A stretch of DNA of 64,000 bases from Octopus sinensis (lineage: Eukaryota). How positions within the stretch are numbered: the first letter of the stretch is position 1; every line of letters begins with the position of its first letter. A program made the translations under genes and the position numbers. Below the pieces are notes generated by a model that saw only the letters and a program-made list of their open reading frames with translations, ran no database searches and had not been told where the DNA came from. Shown here one piece after another: positions 52,415-64,000 of the stretch. The stretch is taken from contig NC_043013.1 of assembly GCF_006345805.1 (NCBI RefSeq), positions 39,494,001-39,558,000 on the forward strand, read 5' to 3'.

Positions 52415-52592
52415 GAGCCCTGAAAAGTTCTTGGCTTTGGGTGAAAGAAAACATAAGAGGATCAGTTAATTATGATTTTATTCAACATGGTCCTTCAGTT
52501 TTTCTAAGCCCTGTAAAAGAATTCGGAAGGTTGGGCCTTCAACCAGGCTTTCGCGATACCCTTAAAACCAGGAACTTTTCAGCACCCCGTCG
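52415..52592. mobile_element. Mariner-type MITE (second copy, internal deletion)
   Basis: Aligns with 9943-10167; the right TIR ends cgtcg|TA. Confidence 0.7.
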
Positions 52593-52639
52593 TAGAATGT
52601 ATGCTGCCAGAATAAATACTACATGCATACTATCTGACG

Positions 52640-52947
52640 TTCTGGCACTTTGTCGGTTACGTCAATGAACATTCCAGTTGATCGGATCAATTGAACAGCC
52701 TGCGCGTGAAATTAATGTGGAGTGGCTGAGTACTCCACAGATACGTGTGTCCCTAACGTAGTTCTTGGGGAGATTCAGCGCGACACAGAATGGGACAAGG
52801 CTAACTCTTTCAATTGGAGTCATTAATTCTTTTGGGGAGTAGAGTGGTCTGGAGCAATGTGAAATAAAGTTTTTTGCCTCGTCAGGAATCGAACTCACAA
52901 CCTCACAATCGTAAGCTGAATACCCTGACCACCAAGCCACTGCCTTA
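52640..52947 (-). mobile_element. tRNA-headed SINE sharing the family C tail
   Basis: A-box tggcttggtgg, B-box gagttcgattcct; tail matches 15247-15400. Confidence 0.7.
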
Positions 52948-53279
52948 TGTTCAAATTGTCAGCCTTATGCACTTCAGCATTATTTCCGGCGGCAAGCTGG
53001 CAGAATCGTTAGGAACCGGACAAAATATTTAGCGACATTTCTTTCGATTTACGTTCTGAGTTCAAATCACGCCGAGTACATCTTTGCCTTTCATGTTTTT
53101 GAGAGTCGATAAAACAGGTTCTGACAGAGCGCTGGCGATTAATGCAATCGACTGTACTCCCCCTGCAAACTTTCAGTACTTGGGCCTATAGCTGAGAGAA
53201 TTATTCATAGCTATTTCACGTGGACTGCATCGAGCAGTAGGTTCAGTTTGGGTGTTTGTTTAAGAAGTTGACTGTACAA

Positions 53280-53321
<42 letters not shown>

Positions 53322-54444
53322 AAAAAGAGAGAGGTAGACAGACACTGTGCACGTGAGTCTATGTGTGCTTGTTCGTGGCGAGGGTACTTGAGTGTTCCAT
53401 AGAACCAAGAGAGCGTTTCCGTCTAGAGCTATGCTGCTGGTAGGGACACCCTAGACTGGTTGGTCTCCCGGGAAGGTTCCAGACTAAAAGTGACCCACGG
53501 TATGTAGGCTCGTCGACAAGATGAAAGTCTCATCATCAGAGCACTGGCAGATCTGGTCGGCCCTGCGCATGATGACGTCTCTGGGACCACTAACTTGGAA
53601 TGACCCCAATCTCATCAAACAAGAACACGAAGACACGAAGCGAAGCGGTGTCCACACATGAGGTCTCGGTTTGCGATTCCACAGCGCAAAATTTTGTCAA
53701 ATTTAATTTTCTAAAGCCTTGACTTGTCCTATATATTTTGAGTGGTTCTAGGTTGACGGAAAGTGTACTGAAGCCTGTCGGATGCATTGAATTCGTAACT
53801 CGAACAGCACAACATTGTCACACACGCTGCGTCCCGCTGATTCGGTGACTTTAGAATATTTGACCATTTGTGTGTTAAAACAAGAGCAGGTAACTCAGTT
53901 GATCAAGCAACTGAATCCTCATAGGAGAACGACGGAGGTCCACCACACTAAGGGAGGCTTGATGCACTGGCCTTTCATGCTTGAAATCGCTAGATTGTCT
54001 TAAAATTACACATTGCGGTTTTAGAAAGGTCGCGTTGCATAGAATAGTTCGGATTACGCGATATCTGAAAAATACATAAATAAATATATCCCGTGATCTA
54101 AACAACAAAAATATATGCGATATGTTATATAAGATAATATTTAGCCTTATCTAATAATAATTTGCTGATCTGGTTTGGTACATTATGATCATATACAAAA
54201 CTATTCTTTCGTAATAACCTGAAAACGAGGCATGTTTCGGTGGAAGCGAGAGGTTCAGCGAGAGGTTGATCCCCCTCTCTCTCTTTCTCTCTCCGTATCT
54301 TTCTCACTCTCTGTCTCTCTACCTGTCCCTCTCTATCTCTGTGACACTGTATAAGTTACTAGAAGTAATTCCATTGTTTCATTCGATAGCGATAACGTAC
54401 AAACATTCCCACCCCACAGCTACATACACACTTGCACATTATCT

Positions 54445-54485
<41 letters not shown>

Positions 54486-55029
54486 TCATATATATATATA
54501 TATATATATAGGAGGTTGCAAATCTAAGCAGTATCGTGTAAACTTGCTACCAGTTCAAATCTGCTTGAAATATATTCTAATCCGTAAGCAAAGATTTCAT
54601 TGCGTTTTGCCATTGCCATAGATAATTGTTTTTGTTATTTACAACTGGGTGTAAATTTACCGAGTCAGCTCGCAGCGTGCCCTGGCCAGGTTGCATTTCG
54701 GTATTGTTATCTCTTCTCCAGGCAGGGCGGCGCTACGAAGGAATTTTATATTCCTGTTATCATTCAATGACAGGTAATGTTAATCGGTGGCTCACTGCAA
54801 ATATAATCCGTAAATATAATCCCTGGTGTTAGCTCACAGAGCTGACTTGTCTGGTTTCTGTCACTGGAGAAGAAATAATTACTCCGAAATCCAATGCATT
54901 GCTATGCGCCAGACAGTTTGGTGAGGTGACGCTGTGACATGATTTTCTATTTACACCCCTCTTGTTAACATCGAAATATTTTCTCCATGATGAAAACGGT
55001 GAAAAGCAGAATCAGACTAGTAGCAATTT

Positions 55030-56042
55030 TGTGTGTAATCCTTTCTACTATAAGTACAGCGCCTGAAATTTGGGGGAGAAGCATAGTCAATTACATCGAC
55101 CCCAGTGTTTCACCGGTACTTAATTTATCGACCCCGAAAGGATGAAAGGCAAAGTCGACCTCGGTGGAATGTGAACTCAGAACGTAGCGACAGACGAAAT
55201 ACCTATTTCTTTATTGCCCACAAGGGGCTAAACATAGAGGAGACAAACAAGTACAGACAAACGGATTAAGTCGATTACATCGACCCCAGTGCGTAACTGG
55301 TACTTAATTTATCGAACCCGAAAGGATGAAAGGCAAAGTCGACCTCGGCGGAATGTGAACTCAGAACGTAACGGCAGACGCAATACCGCTAAGCATTTCT
55401 CCCGGCGTGCTAATGACCCTGCCAGCTCACCGCCTTAGACTAGTAGCAAATTTGTGTGTAATATCCACCACCACTCGCTGACTGTGCAAACTCTGGACCT
55501 GTCTACTAGAAATACCAGCAAAATCACTTTCAAACGCATTCATGTAAAGAAAGCAAACAGCAAAAAAAGATTAAGCAAGAAGAAATAATTCTGTCTTAGG
55601 TACAAAGTCTGAAATTCTGTAAAAAGAGGGTTAGTCAACGATAACATGGATCCCATTACTAAACTGGAACTTATTTTATTTATCGCGAAAGAATGAAAGG
55701 CAAAGTAAACGGTGGCAGAGTTTGAACTCAGAACGTTAAAGGCAGACGGAATACCGCGAAGCATTATGTCTGGCAAACTACCGCTTCTGCCAGCTAGCTG
55801 ATTCAAAAGCTATACGAAATAATGATATCAAATTCTGGCACAAGGCCAACAATTTCGAGTATGTGCGTAAGTCGATTACATCGACCCCACTCCAGTGTAC
55901 AACTGGTACTCACTTTATCGACCCTGAGAGAATGAAATGCAAAGTCGACCTCGGCGGAATTTGAACTTAGAATCTAAAGCGGGAAGGAATGACGCTAAGC
56001 ATTTTGCCCGGCGAGGTAACCAATCAGCTAGCTCACCGCCTT
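55030..56042 (-). mobile_element. Array of SINE family B copies
   Basis: At least four reverse-complement units. Confidence 0.85.
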
Positions 56043-56979
56043 CAAAGAAGTAGAAATAATACATTCGACAAAGGTAGCCCAGTAAAAAGAGGAAAAGAAA
56101 AAGAAAGAAAGTTACTTCGATCTGGGCCGACTTTTAGTAAAACAACAACATAAAAATAACCTTGTCTATTCTTAATACAAACAGCAAAACCTGTACCTTA
56201 ACATTATATACCAGTTTTGGTGTTAACTAGGTGTATGTATAAAGAGACTTGTGTCTGTGTGTGTGTTTGTTTATGTGTATGTAAGGCGTGTGTCAAAGTA
56301 TACGGCAACCTAGTTTTTACAATGAATATATTGACTGCACAAAAAACAAATAAAATACATAACCACATACTATGCACTGCTTAGTAGTCAATGTATTGTA
56401 AATATAGCATTTTCTATATTTATCGACACACTCCTTCTATACAAATTCACATGTTATGTATATACACACACACACACTCTCATACATACCTAAGTAAAAC
56501 CAAAACAAGTTAGATAAATTCACACAATCTATATATATATATATACGTTTAAATATTTGTTGTGCAAGATATTTTATGTGAAATCGTGTGTTGAAACAGA
56601 TATCGTTGTATTTAGGAATGGTCATATTGCCAGTTTAGCCAATAAAAACACACGCACTATATATTTGGTGTTATTTTGCTTCAGTGTTATTTATTTTTTA
56701 CATTAATCTTAATCTTATTTTGGCCAGAGTTCTTTCGTCACACTCCTGTGACCGCATCAGTGGTCCTTTGTTTTCTTCTTTCTTATTTGTGTCTCTCCTT
56801 ACTAGCCGTCAGCCATTTTGTATTTCTATTGTATGTCTTCATTTGCGCATGCTTGTATCTCTATGTGCGTTTATGTTTATTTAGTGTGTGTATGTGGGGG
56901 GATGCCTGTAATATTTGTATCTTCTGTTTATATATGTTCATGTAATTTGTATTTTGTTTTTGTTGTTTTTGTTTATTCT

Positions 56980-57038
<59 letters not shown>

Positions 57039-57325
57039 CAAATAAGAAAATGGAGAAACAAATTTAGTTTGTTCAACTTTCGGATATTATAATGTTGGAT
57101 TATTTATTCATTTAACAAAATGAGAACATCAATAGCATACATATATATCTTATAATTCATACATGTAAGATAAGAATACAAATTATAAAAGTCATAATAT
57201 AAATTATTAAAGGATTTCAATAATTTACGATGTGAAAATTCTTGAGAAAAGACAAATCATTGTATAATATTATATATTATATATATATATATAATATATA
57301 TATATATAATATATATATATATTAT

Positions 57326-57375
<50 letters not shown>

Positions 57376-57440
57376 ATAATTAGTATAAGTTAAGATAAGT
57401 ACATTTATTCTATTATTAGTTTTTATTATTTATTATCTTA

Positions 57441-57557
57441 GACCTGATGAGTGACTATATTTTTAAATAGAATTAATTTTAGTTCGACTTAATTTTAAAT
57501 TGAATTGATTTTATTATTATCATCTATTTGAAAATATAGCCCATAACGCGCGTAGTC
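57441..57557 (+). ncRNA. Decayed minimal hammerhead ribozyme (PLE-type)
   Basis: gac-CTGATGA(57444)-gtgactatatttt...aaaatatagccc-ATAAC-GCGC-GTA-gtc. GAAA is mutated to ATAA. Confidence 0.5.
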
Positions 57558-57732
57558 ATTTTACTACTATTTACTTTTTATTGTAGTTTATTGATTTTTA
57601 GAATAAGATTTTTTTTATAGTATATGTCTTCTGTTGTGAATAACATCTTTCCTTATTGAATTGTTTAATAAATTTTTTACTCTAAATTATATACATATAT
57701 ATATATATATATATACATACATGCATACATAC

Positions 57733-57780
<48 letters not shown>

Positions 57781-57824
57781 GCGACATTTAATGCGGTGAG
57801 CTTGCAGAATCATTAGTTATTGTT

Positions 57825-58102
57825 GTTTGTTCATAAGGGACAGTTTCCCGGTTTCATGGGTGTATAGGCTTCCCACGAGGACAGGACGCTGGTCTGTCAC
57901 AGGTAAGCTGATAGATGTAGGAGGAAAGAGTGAGAGAAGGATGTGGCGAAAGAGTCAGAAGAAGTTCGCCATTACATTCTGCCGGAGCCGAGTGGAGCTT
58001 AGGTGTTTCGCCCATAAACACATACATCGCCCGGTCTGAGATTCTAAACTGCGATCCCCCGACTGCAAGTCTGCTGCTCTAACCATCAAGCCATGTGCCT
58101 CC
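57825..58102 (-). mobile_element. tRNA-derived SINE (family C-like head, different tail)
   Basis: ggaggcacatggcttgatggttagagcagcagac...; head aligns with family C. Confidence 0.65.
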
Positions 58103-58680
58103 GCATAGAATCATTAGTACATTGGACAAAATGCTTGGCAATATTTCTTCCGGGTCTTTGCGTTCAAAGTTCAAAATCCACCGAGGTCACCTTACATCCT
58201 TTCGCGGTCGATAAGATAAAGTGCCTGTCAATACAATCGACTTGCCCTCTCCACTCAAAATGGCTGGTCTCGTGTTAAGAATTAGCAAGATTTATTATCC
58301 CAAACTTAAGACAGACTGATGGGAAAAGCGCCTGGTCGTTAGAAAATGCCTTCTGACTCTTATGCTCTGAATCAATTTTATCCCATGGTATCAACTAATC
58401 ATTCCTCTCAAAATTGTTGGCGTTTGTTGCCATAAATTACAAGCCATTATTATCTCCACAGTTACGAAGCAATCTTTCAAAATCCTTGGATCGCCGGAAA
58501 ATGCTGTGTAGTATTGCTGACGTTCTGAGTTCAAATCTCACTGAGATCAACTTTGCATTCCATCCTTTCGGAGTCTATAAAAAAAGTTCCAGTCAAATGG
58601 TGGCGACGATGATGACGAGTACCACTTCCTGTTAGATTTGCTGATCTTGTATCTGAATCAGAAACCATCACTATCCCAAC
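58090..58680 (+). mobile_element. Diverged SINE family B copies
   Basis: gttcaaaatccaccgaggtc...catcctttcg motifs occur twice. Confidence 0.65.
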
Positions 58681-58941
58681 ACTGATTCTTTATTGTGGAG
58701 ACAATAAATTAGAAGTTTTATATCTCTCTAAACATATTTATTAAGAATAAATAAAAAAAAAAAAGTAAAACGTGTTACGTTGTTACATCAAGAACCCAGT
58801 TTAGTTCACACGACACAAATTTCAGCAAATATTGAGCAGGAATTTCATATAAATCCGTCCGGTTTGTTTCATTCCAGTATAAATATGTAAACGTTCATTT
58901 CTATATTAAATATAAAGAGTAAAATATTATTTCCATTTCAG

Positions 58942-59399
58942 TAACAATCTTGTTTATTTACGAAAAAGATGGACAGAGCTGGTCAAATTATTTAAAGAAT
59001 ATGTTTGATAAACACTACGATGTGAGTACAACTATGGTACTCTCTACAAATCTGACAGAATGGATGATGACAGAGTATTTAGTGAAAGTCATTATATTAA
59101 CGCCGTGCATGGAACATAATATTCAACCTCTTCTCATAGCAAATGAATCCAATGTCGGTTATTTCAACATTTTTCATTGTAACGTCAGCCTTATACACTG
59201 TCTTCAGTATTTTGACTTCACCATTTCAAACATAGTAGAATTGAAGTCAACGCCAGAAAACGTTCGTGAACTACTGCTGTGCGTCATTCAAGATTACGAA
59301 TATTTTGCAAGCGATCAAAATGTTGAGGATGAAGAGGAGTACTTGCACATGGATAATCGATTGATATGCATTGATGTCGTACCAGAGATATTATACCCG
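58942..59399 (+). CDS. PIK3AP1: BCAP/BANK1/Dof-family adaptor, TIR-like domain exon
   Basis: Acceptor ttccatttcAG, donor GTAAGT at 59400, 458-nt open frame. TILFIYEKDGQSWSNYL resembles the BCAP N-terminus (DILIVYSPDAEEWCQYL, from memory). It ends DVVPEILYP at the start of the DBB region. Confidence 0.8.
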
Positions 59400-59487
59400 G
59401 TAAGTAGACAATTTTAATAGAGAGAAACATAAAAGCCTTTTATTTTCTAGTGGGGTTTTTTTCTGCTTTTTGTCTTCGTTCTATTTT

Positions 59488-60680
59488 TTTCTTCGCTAAG
59501 GCGGGGATATTGTTTGCAGGTGTATTTGTTTGTCCATGGACAAGATATCTCAAGAACCGCTGAACGTATTCGGATGAAACTTTCAGGGATGTTTGGCCTC
59601 GTGACTGGCACGAACTGATTAGATTTGGAGATCGATCTGGTAACGGACAAGGATTCTGGATTATTCTTCCGTTTTTTTTTTACTTAATTTTTAAGAGCGG
59701 TCGGGTTCATTTTTATTATTCTCGTTTGTGAGAGCTGTCGAGTGTACTTCAGATGTTCTCATTTTAAAAGTCATCTCTGGTTAATCGTTGAGATGACGAT
59801 GGTGTCGCCTCTTCGTTAATTTTGCTGATATTATACATCATTGTTTTACTGTTTACCTATTTATGTTAGTGTGGAGGCGCAATGGCTCAGTGGTTAAGGC
59901 AGCGGACTCGCGGTCGTAGCATCGCGGTTTCGATTCCCATTGTGAGTATTTATTGAGCAAAAACACCTAAAGCTCCACGAGGGTGGTGGTGAACCCTGCT
60001 GTACTCTTTCACCGCAACTTTCTCTCACTCTTTCTCCCTGTTTCTGCTGTACCTGTATTTCAAAGGGCCATCTTTGTCATACTCTGTGTGATACTGAATC
60101 TCCCTGAGAACTACGTTAAGGGTACACGTGTCTGTGAGATGCTCGGCCACTTGCACGTTAATAAATGAGCTGCGACGTCACTGGTGCCAAGCTGTATCGG
60201 CCCCTTTACCTTTCCCTTGGATAACATCGGGGGCGTAGTGAGGGGAGGCCGGTATGCATGGGCGACTGCTAGTCTTCCATAAACAACATAGCCCAGATTT
60301 GTGCCTCGGAGGGTAACTTTCTAAGTGCAATCCCATGGTCATTCATGACCGAAGGGGGGGGCACAATATTTATGTTAGTCTTCTTAGAACATTCCGCAAC
60401 TGTTGGAAGAGTTTAAGTTTGACATATTAGCAGGAACAAATTTCAAAAAGATATAAATGAATTTGCTTGAAGGTGAGGCCAAGGAGCTTCATTGCATTTT
60501 TTCATTTTCATCTGTCGTTCATTTTTGTTACATACGTCCTTTTTTAATTTTTTTTCTCCCTGTTTCGTGTCCCCGCATGTTTTGTATTGCGCCCTCTGTG
60601 TATGCCCCTTTGTGGTTAATAAAGAATTAGGATGCTGGTATTGCCTTTCGGAGTTTTGCGCTCTCTGAGTGCTCTTCTTT
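59488..60680 (+). mobile_element. Probable non-autonomous Helentron/HINE-like element
   Basis: 5' cttcgctaaggcggggatattg and 3' ggagttttgcgctctctgagtgctctt stem-loop; classification is inference. Confidence 0.4.
59871..60366 (+). mobile_element. Composite SINE (family C head and body plus an alternative tail) with 13-bp TSD
   Basis: TSD tatttatgttagt at 59858-59870 and 60367-60379. Confidence 0.85.
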
Positions 60681-61579
60681 CTTTTTCTTCTACTAGAACC
60701 CTCGAAAACAATACAAAACGCTGACCAGCGAACTATCTTCCCAAATCCCTAAGTATGTGTGGTGCACAATAGCAAGTTATCTACTTTTTTCAAAGGGTGT
60801 ACCACGAGAACCAATACTCCTACCCACACTTTTTCGCACGACTTTAATCTTTCCATGCTTAACCTGTGAACTATACTCAACATTTCAGTCGGGTTCACAT
60901 TCCCAGACTTCGGAATACTGAGATTTATGCTACCTATTTCCAAATTTAGGCTCTACACCTAGAAAGTAACACGGACAAAAATGCCTCACCAAAATTCTTA
61001 TGAGAAACATGAAAAGATATCAAATATAATAACCAGTGATAAAAAAGACATACACGAACAGAAGTCAAACATACAAGAATTAATCAGAGCACATCTACAA
61101 GCAGAGATGGCAAACGTAGTAAAACGATTACAAACGTTCTGAGTGTAGTCATTTGTACCACATTTACGCAACAGAAAGAATTAGGCGACAAATGAGTGGA
61201 GTCGTTAAAGAAGATTTAATCAGGCACTCAATGATCTGAGTCGAAATCCCGCCGTTGACGCCTTCTTTTCACTTTTACGTGAATCGGTAGAACTATAACA
61301 AGGTTTGAGCTGAATACGTTGCAATATTTGTTACGTTTCATCTCTGCGTTCTGAGTTCAAATCCCACCATGTCGTATTTGGATGATAGGCTTGATCTGTC
61401 GCTCATTTCAGCATCACCGCTTGACACCCGAAGGGTGGACATTTAACGGAGTATAATCTGTTGTAAGAATGTGAACAATTTCTTGGTTGGACTATACCTT
61501 CTTCTCACCAGTTGCTGAGACGTTGTAAATAGTTGTCTTCCTGACTAAAAAACAAAATTGGCTACACTAATATACAAAC

Positions 61580-61975
61580 AATATATTGGTTTCAAATTTC
61601 GGCAGAAGGCCAGAAACCTCTGATGAGTGGGTAGTCGATTACATCGAGCCAATCCCGAAAGGACGAAAGGTTAAGTCGATCTCGGCGGAACTTGAATTTA
61701 AAGCGTAAAGATGGACGAAATGTCACTAAACATTTTGCCCGGCGTGCTAACAAGTCTGCCAGATTGCCACCTTAATAATCTTTTCTATTAAAGACACACG
61801 GCCTGAAATTTGTGGGGAGGGGACTAGTCGATTTCATCCATCCCAGTGCGTACCTAGTACTTATTTAATCGACCCCGAAACAAAAAGATAAAAGGCAAAG
61901 TTGACCTCGGAGAAATTTTAAATCAGAACTCAAGGACGGACGAAATGCCGCTAACGATTCTGCCAGCTCCCCGCT
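61580..61975 (-). mobile_element. Two SINE family B copies
   Basis: Reverse-complement family B motifs. Confidence 0.75.
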
Positions 61976-62653
61976 CAATATACAAACTATATTATTTCCA
62001 GGATAAAGGCGGCAAGCTGGCAGAATCGTTAACGTGTTTGACGATACGGTTAGCGGTATTTCTTCCGACTCTTTTACATTCAAAGTTCAAATCCTGCCGA
62101 GGTTGACTTTACCTATCATCCTTTCAGAATCGACAAAATAAGTACCAGTTAAATACTGGGCTCAATGTAATCGCTTTATTACGCCCCTAAAACCGTTGAC
62201 CTTTTACCAAAATTTGAAAGATTGTAAATACTGCGCGGGCATTAATCCGTTTCCATTAAATCACAATAAACTATAAGAGAACACAAAATAGTGCATCTCA
62301 CATAATCCCTTGAATGGGAAGGATCGTTTGCACGTCGGACAAAATGCTTTGCGGAATTTCTTCTGGTGCTTTACATTCTGAGGTCAAATTGTGTTGGGGT
62401 TGTCAAGTTGTGTTGGGGTCAAATACAGACATAAAGACGCACACACATAGGTATATACACATACATATACACATATACGAGGGGCTTCTTTCAGTTTCCC
62501 TCTGCCAAATCCACTCACAAAGATTTGGTCAGTCCGACACTTGCCCAGGTTATCACGCCATGAGACTAAACCCTGAAACAAGTGGTTGGGAAGTAAGCTT
62601 CTTACCGCATAGTCAGACCTGCATATACATGTACGATTTTTTTTTCTTCAAAG

Positions 62654-62783
62654 GGCCAGTCGATGATTTATATCATGTTAAACAAAGCTATCGGTGAGAA
62701 GATCCATGTTAAAGTAAGTGAAATTGAAGAAACAATACCAGCCCAACAGGTGACCGCCAATATTTTCTCTGCTGAAATGCCGG
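62654..62783 (+). CDS. PIK3AP1: BCAP/BANK1/Dof-family adaptor, DBB-domain exon
   Basis: Acceptor ttttttcttcaaAG, donor GTAAGT. GQSMIYIMLNKAIGEKIHVKVSEIEETIPAQQVTANIFSAEMP, phase 0 matching 59399. Confidence 0.75.
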
Positions 62784-62934
62784 GTAAGTAAATTATAGTA
62801 CGTAATACGGTTTCTATTATCTTATCTATATCTTTAATCACTCCGAGTTTATGCGTCCAGGTGTAAATCCCTATGATAACAAGTCGGAGTTAGTCTCTTC
62901 GATTTTAATCACCTGTACATCTGAATCTTCATTT

Positions 62935-63085
62935 CTGTCATTAATCTGCTGTCTTTTACTTGTTACAGTCATTTGACGGCGGTCATACTGGTGCACCACC
63001 TTGAATGGGTTTGGTCGAAACGTATCGACCTCGATGCTTTTTTTTTCAAATCTGGTACTTATTCTATCGGTCTCTTTTTGCAATA
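62935..63085 (-). mobile_element. SINE family A, 3' part (5' part at about 62400-62620)
   Basis: Similarity to 7805-8205. Confidence 0.6.
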
Positions 63086-63109
63086 TTGTCATTTTACTTA
63101 TCATTATTA

Positions 63110-64000
63110 AGGCGGCGAGCTGGCGGAAACGCTAGCACGCCGGAAAAAATGCTTAGCGGTATTTCCTCTACCGCTACGTTCTGAGTTCAAATTCAAATTC
63201 ACTTGTCTGCACGTTCTGAGTTCAAATTCCACCGAGGTCGACTTTGCCTTTCATCCATTCGGGGGCGATGAAATAAGTACCAGTTACGCACTGGGATCGA
63301 TATGATCGACTTAATCCCTTTGTCTGTCCTAGTCTGTCCTCTCTGTGTTTAGCCCCTTGAGGGTAGTAAAGAAATAGGTATTTCGCCTGCCGTTACATTG
63401 TGAGTTCTAATTCCGCCAAAGTCGACTTTGCCTTTCATCCTTTCGGGGATCAATGGAATAAGTACCAGTTACGCATTGGGGTTGATGTAATCGATTAGAC
63501 CACTTTCCTCAAAATTTTCATGGCTTTGTGCCTAAAGTATAACTAATTATTAAGGCGGCGATCCGGTAGAATCGTTAGCACGCCGAGCATAAATGTTAGC
63601 GGGATTTCGTCTGTCTGTACTTTCTGAGTTCGAATTCCGCCAAGAGAGACATTACCTTTTATCCTTTCGGGGTCGATAAATTAAGTTCCAGTTGATTACT
63701 GTAGCCGATGTCTTCGATTATCCCTCTCCCCACAAATTTCAGGCCTAGTGTCTACTATAGAAAGGATTATTATTATTGCTGCTGTTGTTATTGTTAAAGG
63801 CGACGATCTGGCACAATCGTTAGCTTGCCAGACCAAGTGCTTAGCGGCATGTCGCCCATTCTTACATTCTGAGTTCAACTTTCAGCGAGGTCGACTTTAC
63901 TTTTTATCCTTTCGAGTTGAGTGAAACACCGATGTCAATGTAATCGACTAGTCCGCTCTCCACCCCGAGTTTCAGGCCTTGTGCCTTTAATAAAAAGGAT
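63110..64000 (+). mobile_element. Array of SINE family B copies
   Basis: Three or more head-to-tail copies. Confidence 0.85.

Noticed and set aside
54722-54773. Alternative BCAP-like first exon (ATG ACA G|GTAATG at 54767-54773)
   Set aside because: Phase-compatible, but the Kozak context and donor are weaker than at 48300-48327. Kept only as a possible alternative start.
61621-61665. CTGATGA...GAAA hammerhead-like string
   Set aside because: Lies within a decayed SINE B, and stems I and III cannot be formed.

Overview
Eukaryotic, AT-rich, repeat-dominated window, almost certainly from an octopus genome. This is inferred from its tRNA-derived SINE families and dense (TA)n/(TACA)n/(TCTA)n/(AAT)n microsatellites. 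There is one 100-N assembly gap at 40090-40189. Host genes: (1) a plus-strand BCAP/BANK1/Dof-family (PIK3AP1-like) adaptor gene, with exons read by hand at 48300-48327, 58942-59399 and 62654-62783, continuing past the window; (2) a probable minus-strand gene ending in a PAN/Apple-like domain exon at 28359-28555, with three phase-compatible upstream candidate exons. Mobile DNA includes a full-length dead mariner, mariner MITEs, Helitrons (including a head-to-tail dimer), R4/Dong and RTE LINE fragments, two kinds of Penelope-like element (PLE) and dozens of SINEs. The most striking unexplained structure is a series of fold-back palindromes. Several carry, or break within, minimal type I hammerhead ribozymes, including an 872-bp element with a hammerhead in each arm. 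All alignments, translations and folds were done by eye, and no database was searched. Most ORFs in the supplied track are microsatellite or SINE artefacts.
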